Shown: in pieces, positions 29,302 to 39,260 of the stretch
How the letters are laid out: every line of letters starts with the position of its first letter
How positions within the stretch are numbered: the stretch's first letter is position 1
Assembly (NCBI GenBank): GCA_021816845.1
Contig: JAKAWT010000002.1
Coordinates: forward strand, 33,017 to 97,016
DNA: 64,000 nt
From: a bacterium
GTDB lineage: Bacteria; Patescibacteriota; Dojkabacteria; JAKAPS01; JAJZLI01
Direction of reading: 5' to 3'
Program-made: the position numbers and the translations under genes
The notes under the pieces: generated by a model
What the model saw: only the letters and a program-made list of their open reading frames with translations
Databases searched by the model: none
Told to the model about the DNA's origin: nothing

Positions 29302-30372
29302 ATGAAATTTTTAATTTTTGCAGGTGGTAATGGAACAAGATTATGGCCTGTATCAAGAAAAAAATCACCTAAACAATTTCAAAAATTTTTATCATCAGAA
29401 TCATTATTCCAACAAAATTATAATAGATTAGCCTCTCATTTTAATAAGGAAGATATATATGTAGTTGCTCCATCAGTATATGGGTCTATAATAAAAGATG
29501 AAATTCCAGGAATTTTGGATTCTAACATATTATTAGAACCTGAAACTAGAGATACATTTGCTTGTGTTGGATTTGCAGCATTTTTGATGGATGCAAAATT
29601 TAAAAATGAAGAAATTGCTATTTTATGGTCAGACTATTTAATTAAATATGATGAAGTATTTACTAATGCATTAGAGAGTGCTTTTAAATACTCTAAATTG
29701 CATAACAAGATTGTCGAGATAGATGTTAATCCTACTGAACCCAATGTTAATTTTGGTTATATAAAAATTGGAGATCAAGTTGACCATATTGGAGATTTTA
29801 ATATACATGAATTTTTAAGTTTTAAAGAAAAACCTGATTATAAAAATGCGAAAGAATACTTTGAAAGTTTTGAATATCTGTGGCATACAGGATTAACTGT
29901 TTTTCCAAATAATATGCTTATATCCTTATACAGAAAATATGCAAAAGATATATCCTTATTTGAAGATATAACGAATAGGTATTTAAAAGGTGAAGATTTT
30001 AGAGATCTATATTTAAAAATTGAGAAGATATCAGTTGATTATGCAATTCTTGAAAAAATAAATCCTAAAGATATAGTTGTAATTCCGGCTGATTTAGGAT
30101 GGTCTGATGTTGGAAATTGGAAGTCCGTTAAAGAAGTTTTAGAGGAAGATTTTGATAGTAATGTTCTACTATCTGATGCTCTATCTATAGATACAGATAA
30201 ATCTATAGTATTCTCAACTTCCAAAAATAAGTTAATTACTTTAATAGGTCTTTCTTCCGTTGCTGTAATAGATACTGATGATGCACTACTAGTTTGTAAT
30301 ATAGATGATTCTCATAGGGTAAAAGAATTAATAGATAAACTTAGAGAAAAAAAGAAACATACTCTCCTTTAA
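29302..30372 (+). CDS. manC: Mannose-1-phosphate guanylyltransferase
   Basis: AGGNGTRLWPVSR..PKQF, LEP..RDT, FGYI, F.EKPD, SVDYAILEK, WSDVGNW. Confidence 0.92.
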   Translation: MKFLIFAGGNGTRLWPVSRKKSPKQFQKFLSSESLFQQNYNRLASHFNKEDIYVVAPSVYGSIIKDEIPGILDSNILLEPETRDTFACVGFAAFLMDAKFKNEEIAILWSDYLIKYDEVFTNALESAFKYSKLHNKIVEIDVNPTEPNVNFGYIKIGDQVDHIGDFNIHEFLSFKEKPDYKNAKEYFESFEYLWHTGLTVFPNNMLISLYRKYAKDISLFEDITNRYLKGEDFRDLYLKIEKISVDYAILEKINPKDIVVIPADLGWSDVGNWKSVKEVLEEDFDSNVLLSDALSIDTDKSIVFSTSKNKLITLIGLSSVAVIDTDDALLVCNIDDSHRVKELIDKLREKKKHTLL

Positions 30373-31859
30373 ACATTTACACTCTTTTTTGCAGTAGGTA
30401 TATATTGTATATTTTTCCCCAATAATAATCTTGTTTGAGCATCAATAGCTGGAATAGATGAAAATATTATGCTCACAAGTGGATAAGTTACCCATCCTAC
30501 ATATGAAAATGCATTTTTTAGTATCTTCTCTTTGCCTCTCTTTGGGGCTAGTTTTGCTTCAAAAAATAATATGATAACAACAAGTAATGTAGATACAGTC
30601 ATAATTCTACTTATTAGTGAAGGCATAGTATAAGATAGAGACAACTTTTGATAATGGCTATTTAGCTCTGGAATAAGATCCCCAAAGGTTATTATAATAG
30701 GGGCTAATGATCTCTCAAAAGAATTTCTTAGTTGTTGAAATAATAAATAGAATTTTTTATATCTAGATAATTCTTTATGTTGTATGACATTAGGTATGCT
30801 AAATGTCATTTCTGACGCTCCCCACGCCCACCTACGTAACTGTTTATATTGTTCTTTTATACTCTTCCAATAAGTATCACCTAACACTGCATCACCAAAC
30901 ACAGGTATATATAGAGGAATAACTTTTGCATCATCGCCATATTTTATGGTTGTTTTCCAGAATAATCTTTCATCTTCAGGTATTATATTAGTATCCCAAT
31001 ACCCTACCTCATTTAAAGATCTTAAATTTATTGCATAACATGAGAAATTGATGAATCTTTCAGGTTTGAATGTTACAGCCATTTGCCATTGTGCTGCAAA
31101 TGTAGCTATTATTCTTGATACAATAGGAACTTTCCAAATGTTGTTATAGAAAATAGGTATTGGTTGGAATATTGCAGAATAACGTTTATCTGTTTTTAGA
31201 AATGTATATGTTAGATATGCAAAATAGTTGGGTTCATGCCTATAATCTGCATCATTGCTTGTGATTAGAATATTTTCTATTGGAATAGCAAATTTTAAAT
31301 TTTGTTTATAAAATTCTCTTGCAGCAAAATTCTCATTTGATGCTTTTCCTGCTATCTCACCATCTTTTAATTCATGTACTGTGATTATAAATTTGTAAAA
31401 GTCATTTTTATAGATTTTTTGTAATTTTTTGGCAATCATTTCCCCATTAGGAAATTTTTTCTCAGTAGCTATTAATATAATTTTCTTATCTTTTGGGTAG
31501 TTTATTTTCTTGCAAGCTTCAATTGTAGGTATAAGTATCTCTTCACCTTCATTAGCTACTGGTATAAGCAAAACATTATATATATCTTTCCACCTTGGGT
31601 ACTCTTTATCAAGTTTCTCTATCCAGTTGATTTTATATACTTGACTTATCCTCTTATTGGCCATAAATACCAGTACCATCATGGTCAATGACTGGTATAC
31701 AAAATATGTAATATAGAGAATGACCAAGTAAATAACTATGGTAGGTTCAGTAAAAGAAAGTATAAATATAATGAGTATAGTACCCCAAAGCATCAACCCT
31801 GGTATCATCTGTATCAATCTTTCTCTTCTTTGTATTTTTTTGATATTTTGCCCGTACAT
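30369..31859 (-). CDS. Membrane glycosyltransferase family 2 (processive-type, QxxRW motif)
   Basis: GKASN, DAD, PED, QLRRWAWG with N- and C-terminal TM helices. Confidence 0.9.
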   Translation of the reverse strand: MYGQNIKKIQRRERLIQMIPGLMLWGTILIIFILSFTEPTIVIYLVILYITYFVYQSLTMMVLVFMANKRISQVYKINWIEKLDKEYPRWKDIYNVLLIPVANEGEEILIPTIEACKKINYPKDKKIILIATEKKFPNGEMIAKKLQKIYKNDFYKFIITVHELKDGEIAGKASNENFAAREFYKQNLKFAIPIENILITSNDADYRHEPNYFAYLTYTFLKTDKRYSAIFQPIPIFYNNIWKVPIVSRIIATFAAQWQMAVTFKPERFINFSCYAINLRSLNEVGYWDTNIIPEDERLFWKTTIKYGDDAKVIPLYIPVFGDAVLGDTYWKSIKEQYKQLRRWAWGASEMTFSIPNVIQHKELSRYKKFYLLFQQLRNSFERSLAPIIITFGDLIPELNSHYQKLSLSYTMPSLISRIMTVSTLLVVIILFFEAKLAPKRGKEKILKNAFSYVGWVTYPLVSIIFSSIPAIDAQTRLLLGKNIQYIPTAKKSVNV

Positions 31860-32015
31860 AGATTTCTAAAATCAGACTTAAGCTTGCCTAATTCAAGCGA
31901 TTTTAATTATAGCACAATTATTATATGTGGATTCTTATGCTTCATTGAAACTGATTTCTTCAGAATAATATTCATCAAAACTAGTCCATCTTAACTGGAA
32001 TGATAATCATGATAA

Positions 32016-32024
32016 TGTTAAAAT
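32016..32024 (+). promoter_or_regulatory. Extended -10 (TGtTAAAAT) 7 nt before the mutS ATG; leaderless-type
   Basis: Direct reading; no SD sequence. Confidence 0.55.
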
Positions 32025-32031
32025 CCTATTT

Positions 32032-34584
32032 ATGCAAGATACAGAAGATATTGATACACCTGCAATGATTGAATATTATAAGATAAAGGAAGATAATCCT
32101 GGGACTATCATACTATTTCGTATGGGAGATTTTTATGAAATATTTGGGGAAGATGCCAAGATTATATCGAAAATATTAAATATTACACTTACATCAAGAG
32201 ATAAGAATAAAAAAACACCCATGGCAGGATTTCCTTATCATGTTCTAGACTCTTATATACCAAAAATGATGGAAAAAGGGTTAAGAGTTGCAATATGTGA
32301 GCAGATAGAAGAAACCACAGAAAATTCAAAAAAGAGAATCATACGAAGGGAAGTTGTTAGGATAATAACTCCCGGAACCAATATTAGTGTATCTGACGAC
32401 AATACAATATCAAATAATTATATATATTCTATATACCCTGAAGGTAAAAATGTTTTTTCTTCATCATTTCTTGATTTCGTATCTGGTAAATTTTATATAT
32501 TAGATCTTATGGATGAAAAATCTTTAAAATCTTTTATGGCTACTATTAATCCCAAAGAGGTACTTGTTCCTGAAGATATTTTTATTCCTATAGATTTTAA
32601 ACAAACTCAATACAACTATTTTAAAAAGGATGCTCTATATGATCATTTCAATCTTGATACTTTGAAAGGATTTGGTATAGATAATAGTCATTTATCACTA
32701 AAACCCGCAGGGGCAATTATGCATTATGTAGAAAATACCCAGAAAGGTACTTTAGATCATATTAAAACCTTAATTCATTTCAAATCAAAAGATTTCATGA
32801 TACTTGATGATACAACGATTAGAAGTCTTGAGATAGTAGAAAATTTAAAAGATAAATCCTACAAAGGTTCTCTGTTTGAAATATGTAATATGACTTCCAC
32901 AGCAATGGGTGCTAGAAAACTATCTTTTTTTCTCACTCATCCATTAATGGATCCAGCACTAATAGAGAGAAGATATGAAGGAGTCTCCGAGCTTATAGAT
33001 TTAAATATATATGAAGAAATATCAAATATACTTTCAAATATGCACGATATAGAAAGGATATCTGCCAGAATAGGTACAACCTCCATAAATCCAAGGGATA
33101 TGATATCCATTATGCAGTCAATTGATATATCACGTAATCTAATTGAATATTTAAAAAATGTCAAAAGTGAAATATTAATAGAAATATTAAATGTAGTAAA
33201 TATATATAATAATCAAAGTTTAAATGATCTCTATGATTTAATATATAAAAATATTGTGGATTATCCTCCAATAAATATAAAGGATGGTGGATTTATAAAA
33301 GAGGGAGTAAATGAACAACTTGATAAGTATAGAAAAATAATACAAGATGGAAAATCGTGGATAATATCTTTCCAAAAGGAAGAACAAGAGAGACTTAAAA
33401 TACCTTCTTTAAAGGTACATTTTAACAAAATCTTTGGATACTATATTGAAATATCGAATACAAACATTGATAAAATTCCTGAAGATTATATACGGAAACA
33501 GACTTTAAAAGGTGTAGAGAGATACATATCCTTAAAACTTAAAGAATATGAAGATATGGTTATAAATTCTCAGGCAAGAGCATTGTTTCTAGAGAACAAT
33601 ATCCTACAGGATATAAAGATCAGGATTAAAGATTTTATTCCAGTTATACAATCTTTATCTGATAATATAAGTACTCTAGATGTACTTACTTCATTTGCTA
33701 AATCAAGTAGATATTTAAATTTTATAAGACCTACGATTAATAAAGATAGTAAAGAATTGGAAATCAGGAAAGGTAGACACCCAGTTGTTGAATCTTTTAT
33801 AGCACCTGATCCATATATACCCAATGATATTATTCTTGGAAAGGAGAACAATATATTACTTATATCAGGACCAAATATGTCTGGAAAAAGTAGTATATTA
33901 AGACAAACTGCACTAATAGTAATTCTTGCTCAATCAGGATCTTTTGTACCTGCAGAAAAAGCTAAAATCCCAATAGTTGATAGAATATTTACTAGAGTTG
34001 GAGCATCAGATAATTTGTCTGGAGGAGAAAGTACATTTATGGTAGAAATGCTTGAATCTGCTAACATCTTAAATAATGCAACAGAGAGAAGTTTAATAAT
34101 ACTTGATGAAGTTGGAAGGGGTACTTCAACATATGATGGTGTTGCAATAGCATGGGCAATTATAGAATATATACATGACGAGATAGGTTCCAATACGCTA
34201 TTCGCTACTCATTATAATGAATTGTTAGTCTTAGAAGAAATACTACCAAGAGTTTTTAACATGCACGTGAAGGTTGTTGAAAAAAATAAAAAAGTAGTTT
34301 TCTTACGTGTTTTAGAGAAAGGAGGTACTGATAAAAGCTATGGTGTACATGTTGCATCTATTGCTGGATTACCAAGTAGTGTGATACATAGAGCATATGA
34401 ATTGTTATCTGATTTTGAACAAAATAAAACAAAATATAAAAAGAAGTTATTTGAGCAAAGCATATTTACTGCCCCTCTAGAAGAAAGTTTAATTGAAAAA
34501 GAATTAAAAGCTATTGATATAAATACACTGTCCCCTATTGATGCATTTAATAAATTATTAGAGATTAAAAAAAAGATCAAATAA
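32032..34584 (+). CDS. mutS: DNA mismatch repair protein MutS
   Basis: FRMGDFYEIF, GRHPVVE, GPNMSGKS, STFMVEM, DEVGRGTST, FATHY, SYGVHVA. Confidence 0.98.
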   Translation: MQDTEDIDTPAMIEYYKIKEDNPGTIILFRMGDFYEIFGEDAKIISKILNITLTSRDKNKKTPMAGFPYHVLDSYIPKMMEKGLRVAICEQIEETTENSKKRIIRREVVRIITPGTNISVSDDNTISNNYIYSIYPEGKNVFSSSFLDFVSGKFYILDLMDEKSLKSFMATINPKEVLVPEDIFIPIDFKQTQYNYFKKDALYDHFNLDTLKGFGIDNSHLSLKPAGAIMHYVENTQKGTLDHIKTLIHFKSKDFMILDDTTIRSLEIVENLKDKSYKGSLFEICNMTSTAMGARKLSFFLTHPLMDPALIERRYEGVSELIDLNIYEEISNILSNMHDIERISARIGTTSINPRDMISIMQSIDISRNLIEYLKNVKSEILIEILNVVNIYNNQSLNDLYDLIYKNIVDYPPINIKDGGFIKEGVNEQLDKYRKIIQDGKSWIISFQKEEQERLKIPSLKVHFNKIFGYYIEISNTNIDKIPEDYIRKQTLKGVERYISLKLKEYEDMVINSQARALFLENNILQDIKIRIKDFIPVIQSLSDNISTLDVLTSFAKSSRYLNFIRPTINKDSKELEIRKGRHPVVESFIAPDPYIPNDIILGKENNILLISGPNMSGKSSILRQTALIVILAQSGSFVPAEKAKIPIVDRIFTRVGASDNLSGGESTFMVEMLESANILNNATERSLIILDEVGRGTSTYDGVAIAWAIIEYIHDEIGSNTLFATHYNELLVLEEILPRVFNMHVKVVEKNKKVVFLRVLEKGGTDKSYGVHVASIAGLPSSVIHRAYELLSDFEQNKTKYKKKLFEQSIFTAPLEESLIEKELKAIDINTLSPIDAFNKLLEIKKKIK

Positions 34585-34585
34585 A

Positions 34586-35812
34586 ATGATAGAAAGAGAT
34601 ATTCTACTGGAACTTAAACAAGGGTTAGATAATAATAAGACAACTATAGTTTTAGGTTCTCCAAGGGTTGGGAAAACTACTTTACTTGATATGATATCTG
34701 GATATATAAAAAATAAAAGTATAGGGAATTATGTATATATTGATTTTAAAATATATAGGAATGACTATTCAAAATTTCTAGTAGATCTAGATAATAATAC
34801 TAAGAAATTAAAATTGGAAAAAAGTAATAAAATATATCTTTTATTAGATAATTTCAATTTAAATAATCTGGAAAATAAATTGAATTTTGATAATATTTTT
34901 TATAAATGTATTATAACAAGAGGTTTATTTGATGTAGAAAATACAAATAATATTGAAGTTTTAAAATTATATACACTATCTTTTTTAGAATTTGCAAAAT
35001 ATAAAACACATTATCAATACCCTAAGATGAATAATTTTTTCGATATGTATCCAATATTAGCTTTTGATATCTTTAATGAATATTTAAGGTTTGGAGGATA
35101 TCCTGAAGTTGTATTAGAAGAGACAATTGAAGCCAAAGTAAAAGCACTTAAAGATATATATATTCAATCTATAGAGAAATCTAAATTCAAGAATATTTCT
35201 GGATTAGTAGATTTTCTAACATATATTGCAAATAAAGTTGGAAGAAATGTAAATACCGGATTCTTTACTATTGTTAGTGTATTCAAGGCTCAGGATATTA
35301 TAGATTACTCAACCTATTTACAAAAAATAGGAATTATAAAGGAATTATCTGATTTTAAAAATGAATACCATCCAATATATTATTTTACAGATTTAGGATT
35401 ACGTAACTACATATTAAATGAAAATTCAATAGAAAAACTTGATGATGACCATTATATATTCTCTAACTTTGTATTTATTATAATACTTCATATTTTTTCA
35501 AATTATAAAGAAGTTATATCAATAAAATATTTGAGAGGATATCAAAGAGTACGTTCAGAAATTATAGTTATAAGGGAAGATGGCCATGTTATAATAAGAC
35601 CGACAATATGGAATAGATTAGATCATATTAATGATACAATAGTATCATATATGAGCGATAGTAGGTTTAGAAATTTATTTATAGTAACTATAGCTGGATA
35701 TGATGATTTATTTTATGAAGATAAAAAAATTTCTAGAATTCCATACTATGAACTCTTTTATCTAAACCTTTTTTTAAATGATCAAAATACTCCAAGACAA
35801 CATAGCAAATAA
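34586..35812 (+). CDS. Divergent AAA+ ATPase (AAA_14/DUF4143-like)
   Basis: Walker A GSPRVGKTT, altered Walker B LLLDN, LYTLSFLEF, YLRFGGYPEV, YFTDLGLRN. Confidence 0.8.
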   Translation: MIERDILLELKQGLDNNKTTIVLGSPRVGKTTLLDMISGYIKNKSIGNYVYIDFKIYRNDYSKFLVDLDNNTKKLKLEKSNKIYLLLDNFNLNNLENKLNFDNIFYKCIITRGLFDVENTNNIEVLKLYTLSFLEFAKYKTHYQYPKMNNFFDMYPILAFDIFNEYLRFGGYPEVVLEETIEAKVKALKDIYIQSIEKSKFKNISGLVDFLTYIANKVGRNVNTGFFTIVSVFKAQDIIDYSTYLQKIGIIKELSDFKNEYHPIYYFTDLGLRNYILNENSIEKLDDDHYIFSNFVFIIILHIFSNYKEVISIKYLRGYQRVRSEIIVIREDGHVIIRPTIWNRLDHINDTIVSYMSDSRFRNLFIVTIAGYDDLFYEDKKISRIPYYELFYLNLFLNDQNTPRQHSK

Positions 35813-37484
35813 AATAGCAGCAGGTGAAGTTATTGAGAGGCCTGCTTCTATACTCAAAGAATTATTAGAGAATTCTATTGATTCTGGTGCTCTAAATATT
35901 ACTGTAACAATTAATGATTTAGATATAAGAGTAGATGATGATGGAGAGGGTATGAGTAAAAAAGATCTTGAGTTATCTATATTAAGATTTGCGACTTCTA
36001 AGATTAGAAAGGAATCAGATTTATATAATATACAGACATTTGGATTTAGAGGAGAGGCATTACCCTCAATAGCATCAATATCAAAAATGAAATTAGCATC
36101 AAAGTATAGACAAGCTAGTAATGCATACAAATTAGATGTGGTAGGAGGTAAAGTAATTGATATATCAGAATTCCCTCTGACAGTTGGTACTTCAATAGAT
36201 GTTAAAGATCTTTTCTTTAACACACCTGTAAGATTAAAATTCTTAAAAAGTCAAAATACTGAATTTAAATATATGCTAGATGTATTTGAAAAAGCCGCTT
36301 TATCTAGTCCTTTAATACATTTTAAACTTTTAAGGAATAACAAAATAATATATGATATGTATAAGGAAGACTTAAAAAAAAGATTTGAGCATATAATACC
36401 CAAGAATAATTATCAGTTTATAGATATAGATTTATCTGTATCAGGTGTTGATATTAAAGGATATATATCATCTTTAAACAATACAAGACCAACGAAAGAT
36501 TTATTATATATATATATAAATAAAAGACCAATTTTTAATTCTGTTATTCAAAAGGCTATTATTGATGGATGTGGAAATCTACTTGAAAAGGGCAAATATC
36601 CAATCATTGTGATATTTTTAGATGTCCCTAATGATAGTATCGATGTTAATGTACATCCTAGAAAATTAGAAGTTAGGTTTAAAGATTCTTCCTATATTTT
36701 CAATATTGTAAAAACTGCTGTAAATAAATCAGTGATGGATAAAAAATTTCAGGAATTTATTCCTAAAGGATCTATTACAGAAGGATTAGCTTTTCATGAT
36801 AAAGATTTTCAGTCCAGTAATTATGATATAAACACTAAAGGGAATACATTTAATAGTACAACTCATATACGATCATATTCTTTTTTTAAAGATAATAATT
36901 TTGTATCAAATGATCTTTATAAAATTAATGTTTATCAATTGTATGATAAATTTCTAGTTCTTGAAAAAGATGAAGGCATCGAGATAATAGATCAGCATGC
37001 AGCATCAGAAAGAGTCAGATTTGAGGAAATTAAAAGAAATATGGAAGATAATAATATAGAAAAGCAACAACTCTTAATACCATATTCTATAGAGTTATCT
37101 AAAAAAGCTTTTATTGAGATTAAATCAAAAATTGATATATTAAAATTGATAGGACTGGATATAGAAATATTTGGAGATAATATAATAAATGTTGTTACCA
37201 TACCTATTTTTTTAAAAGATTCCAATATACAAGATATAATTCTTGAGATAATAGATGATATAGAAAATGGATCTAAAAGTTATGAAGATGAAATAAATAT
37301 CTTTATGGCTACGATAGCATGTCATTCAAGTATTAGGTTTGGTGATCATCTTGCTACTAATGAAATGCAAAAATTAGTTGTAGATTTAAGGAGTTGCAAA
37401 TACCCTTTTACATGCCCTCATGGGAGACCAACAACTTTTGAGATTCCAAGGAAAGAATTATATAAAAGATTTAAAAGGAATTGA
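35778..37484 (+). CDS. mutL: DNA mismatch repair endonuclease MutL
   Basis: IAAGEVIERP, KELLENSID, GFRGEAL, DVNVHP, DQHAASER, ACH, CPHGRP. Confidence 0.98.
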   Translation: MIKILQDNIANKIAAGEVIERPASILKELLENSIDSGALNITVTINDLDIRVDDDGEGMSKKDLELSILRFATSKIRKESDLYNIQTFGFRGEALPSIASISKMKLASKYRQASNAYKLDVVGGKVIDISEFPLTVGTSIDVKDLFFNTPVRLKFLKSQNTEFKYMLDVFEKAALSSPLIHFKLLRNNKIIYDMYKEDLKKRFEHIIPKNNYQFIDIDLSVSGVDIKGYISSLNNTRPTKDLLYIYINKRPIFNSVIQKAIIDGCGNLLEKGKYPIIVIFLDVPNDSIDVNVHPRKLEVRFKDSSYIFNIVKTAVNKSVMDKKFQEFIPKGSITEGLAFHDKDFQSSNYDINTKGNTFNSTTHIRSYSFFKDNNFVSNDLYKINVYQLYDKFLVLEKDEGIEIIDQHAASERVRFEEIKRNMEDNNIEKQQLLIPYSIELSKKAFIEIKSKIDILKLIGLDIEIFGDNIINVVTIPIFLKDSNIQDIILEIIDDIENGSKSYEDEINIFMATIACHSSIRFGDHLATNEMQKLVVDLRSCKYPFTCPHGRPTTFEIPRKELYKRFKRN

Positions 37485-39245
37485 TTATCTCACAGTGACA
37501 CTTTTTGCTAAATTTCTTGGTTTATCAGGGTTGTTTCCTCTTAAGATAGTTAAGTGATAAGCTAATATTTGAATGATTATGGTTGAAACTATCCACCAAC
37601 TACTTTCTTTATATGGGACCAAAAAATAATCATCAAAAATTGGGTCTTCCTTATATGTTATTCCTATAGTGAAAGCACCCCTAGATTTTACTTCTCTTGT
37701 TGCAGATATTATAGATTGATAAGTACTATCTTTAGGAGCAAACAAAATACAAGGTGTATTTTTTTCAATTAAAGCAAGAGCTCCATGTTTTAACTCTCCA
37801 GCATTAAATGCTTCTGCATGTATGTAACTACCCTCTTTAATTTTGAGTGCAGTTTCTAATGCTATAGGGAAACTTTGTCCCTTACCTAAAGAGAATAAAT
37901 GATCATATTTACTTATTTTTCTTGCTATATCAATAAATTTTTTGTGAGAATTCAAAGATAATATATTGTTTATAGTATTTATTGCATTTTCAATATCCTT
38001 TTCACCAGCATTTATATTCTTATTCAGATTATTATAAGTTAATGTTAGTATGCTTAATGTCGCTACAAAGGATTTTGTTGCAATTACAGATCTTTCCACA
38101 CCAGCATTAATAGGTATACATATGTCAGATTTTCTTTGTAGACTAGAGAATATAGAGTTAGTTATTGAGACTATTCTCATATTATTTGATTTTGCTATTC
38201 CTATACAGTCTAGGATATCTAAAGTTTCCCCACTCTGTGAGAATGCTATTAAAAGACTTTCTTTGTGAATGGTTTTTATAAAATATGGGAACTCAGAAGC
38301 TATGAATACTTCACTAGAAATTCCGAGTTTAGTCAACATATATTTAAAATACAAGGCTAAATGATAAGAACTACCTGCACCTATCATATAAATATATTTT
38401 GATTTGTTTATCTCATTAGTTAATATATTTATATCTGATAATGATGTATCTAGAATTAGTTTTAAAACATCAGGCTCTTGTTCTATTTCTTTTAGTAGCC
38501 ATGTTTCGTTGGGTTTTAGAGTGTCTTCTGTATAATCTATTTCAGCCTTAATTTTGTTAGGTATTATTTCTGTCTTTGTAATAGTGTCTATTATCTTAAA
38601 ACCTTTTTTATTAATTTTGACCAATTGATTATTTTCTAGTATTACGAAATTTTTTGAAATTTTAGATAGTGAAGGTAAATCTGATGATAAATATGTACCA
38701 TCATTGTTGCTTGTTACTATTATAGGAGAACCATTTGTAATACCTACTATCTTCTTATATTTTAAAGATAATACTACAAAAGCATTAATCCCAGATATTT
38801 TATTAAACGTGTTAATAACAGCATCTTCTAGGCTTTTACCTAACGATAACTCTTCTTCAATTTCATGTGATAACACTTCAGTATCTGTCTCGGAGATGAA
38901 TACATGCCCCTTTTTTAGAAGCTCAGTTTTTAGTTTTTTAAAATTTTCTATAATACCATTGTGAACAACTGTAATACTTTTAGTACAATCATAATGTGGA
39001 TGAGAGTTGATTTTGGTTATATTACCAGAAGTAGCCCATCTTGTGTGTCCTATGCCTATATGACTATCTTTGAATTCTAAATTTTTTTTTACAGAACCTA
39101 TATCTTTTATATTTTGGATTTTTCCATTCACTACAATAGATATTCCCCAGGAGTCATATCCCCTGTATTCCAACTTTTTTAATCCTTGTAAAATTATATC
39201 TCCAGTACTATTGGATTCTCCTATATATGCATATATCCCACACAT
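37485..39245 (-). CDS. glmS: Glutamine-fructose-6-phosphate aminotransferase
   Basis: MCGI, LEYRGYDS, GHTRWAT, HNGIIEN, SQSGET, GELKHG, PRNLAKSVTV. Confidence 0.98.
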   Translation of the reverse strand: MCGIYAYIGESNSTGDIILQGLKKLEYRGYDSWGISIVVNGKIQNIKDIGSVKKNLEFKDSHIGIGHTRWATSGNITKINSHPHYDCTKSITVVHNGIIENFKKLKTELLKKGHVFISETDTEVLSHEIEEELSLGKSLEDAVINTFNKISGINAFVVLSLKYKKIVGITNGSPIIVTSNNDGTYLSSDLPSLSKISKNFVILENNQLVKINKKGFKIIDTITKTEIIPNKIKAEIDYTEDTLKPNETWLLKEIEQEPDVLKLILDTSLSDINILTNEINKSKYIYMIGAGSSYHLALYFKYMLTKLGISSEVFIASEFPYFIKTIHKESLLIAFSQSGETLDILDCIGIAKSNNMRIVSITNSIFSSLQRKSDICIPINAGVERSVIATKSFVATLSILTLTYNNLNKNINAGEKDIENAINTINNILSLNSHKKFIDIARKISKYDHLFSLGKGQSFPIALETALKIKEGSYIHAEAFNAGELKHGALALIEKNTPCILFAPKDSTYQSIISATREVKSRGAFTIGITYKEDPIFDDYFLVPYKESSWWIVSTIIIQILAYHLTILRGNNPDKPRNLAKSVTVR

Positions 39246-39260
39246 AAACTGATAATAACA

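Noticed and set aside
39246-39260. glmS ribozyme
   Set aside because: Only 15 nt separate the uvrA stop from the glmS start; no room.
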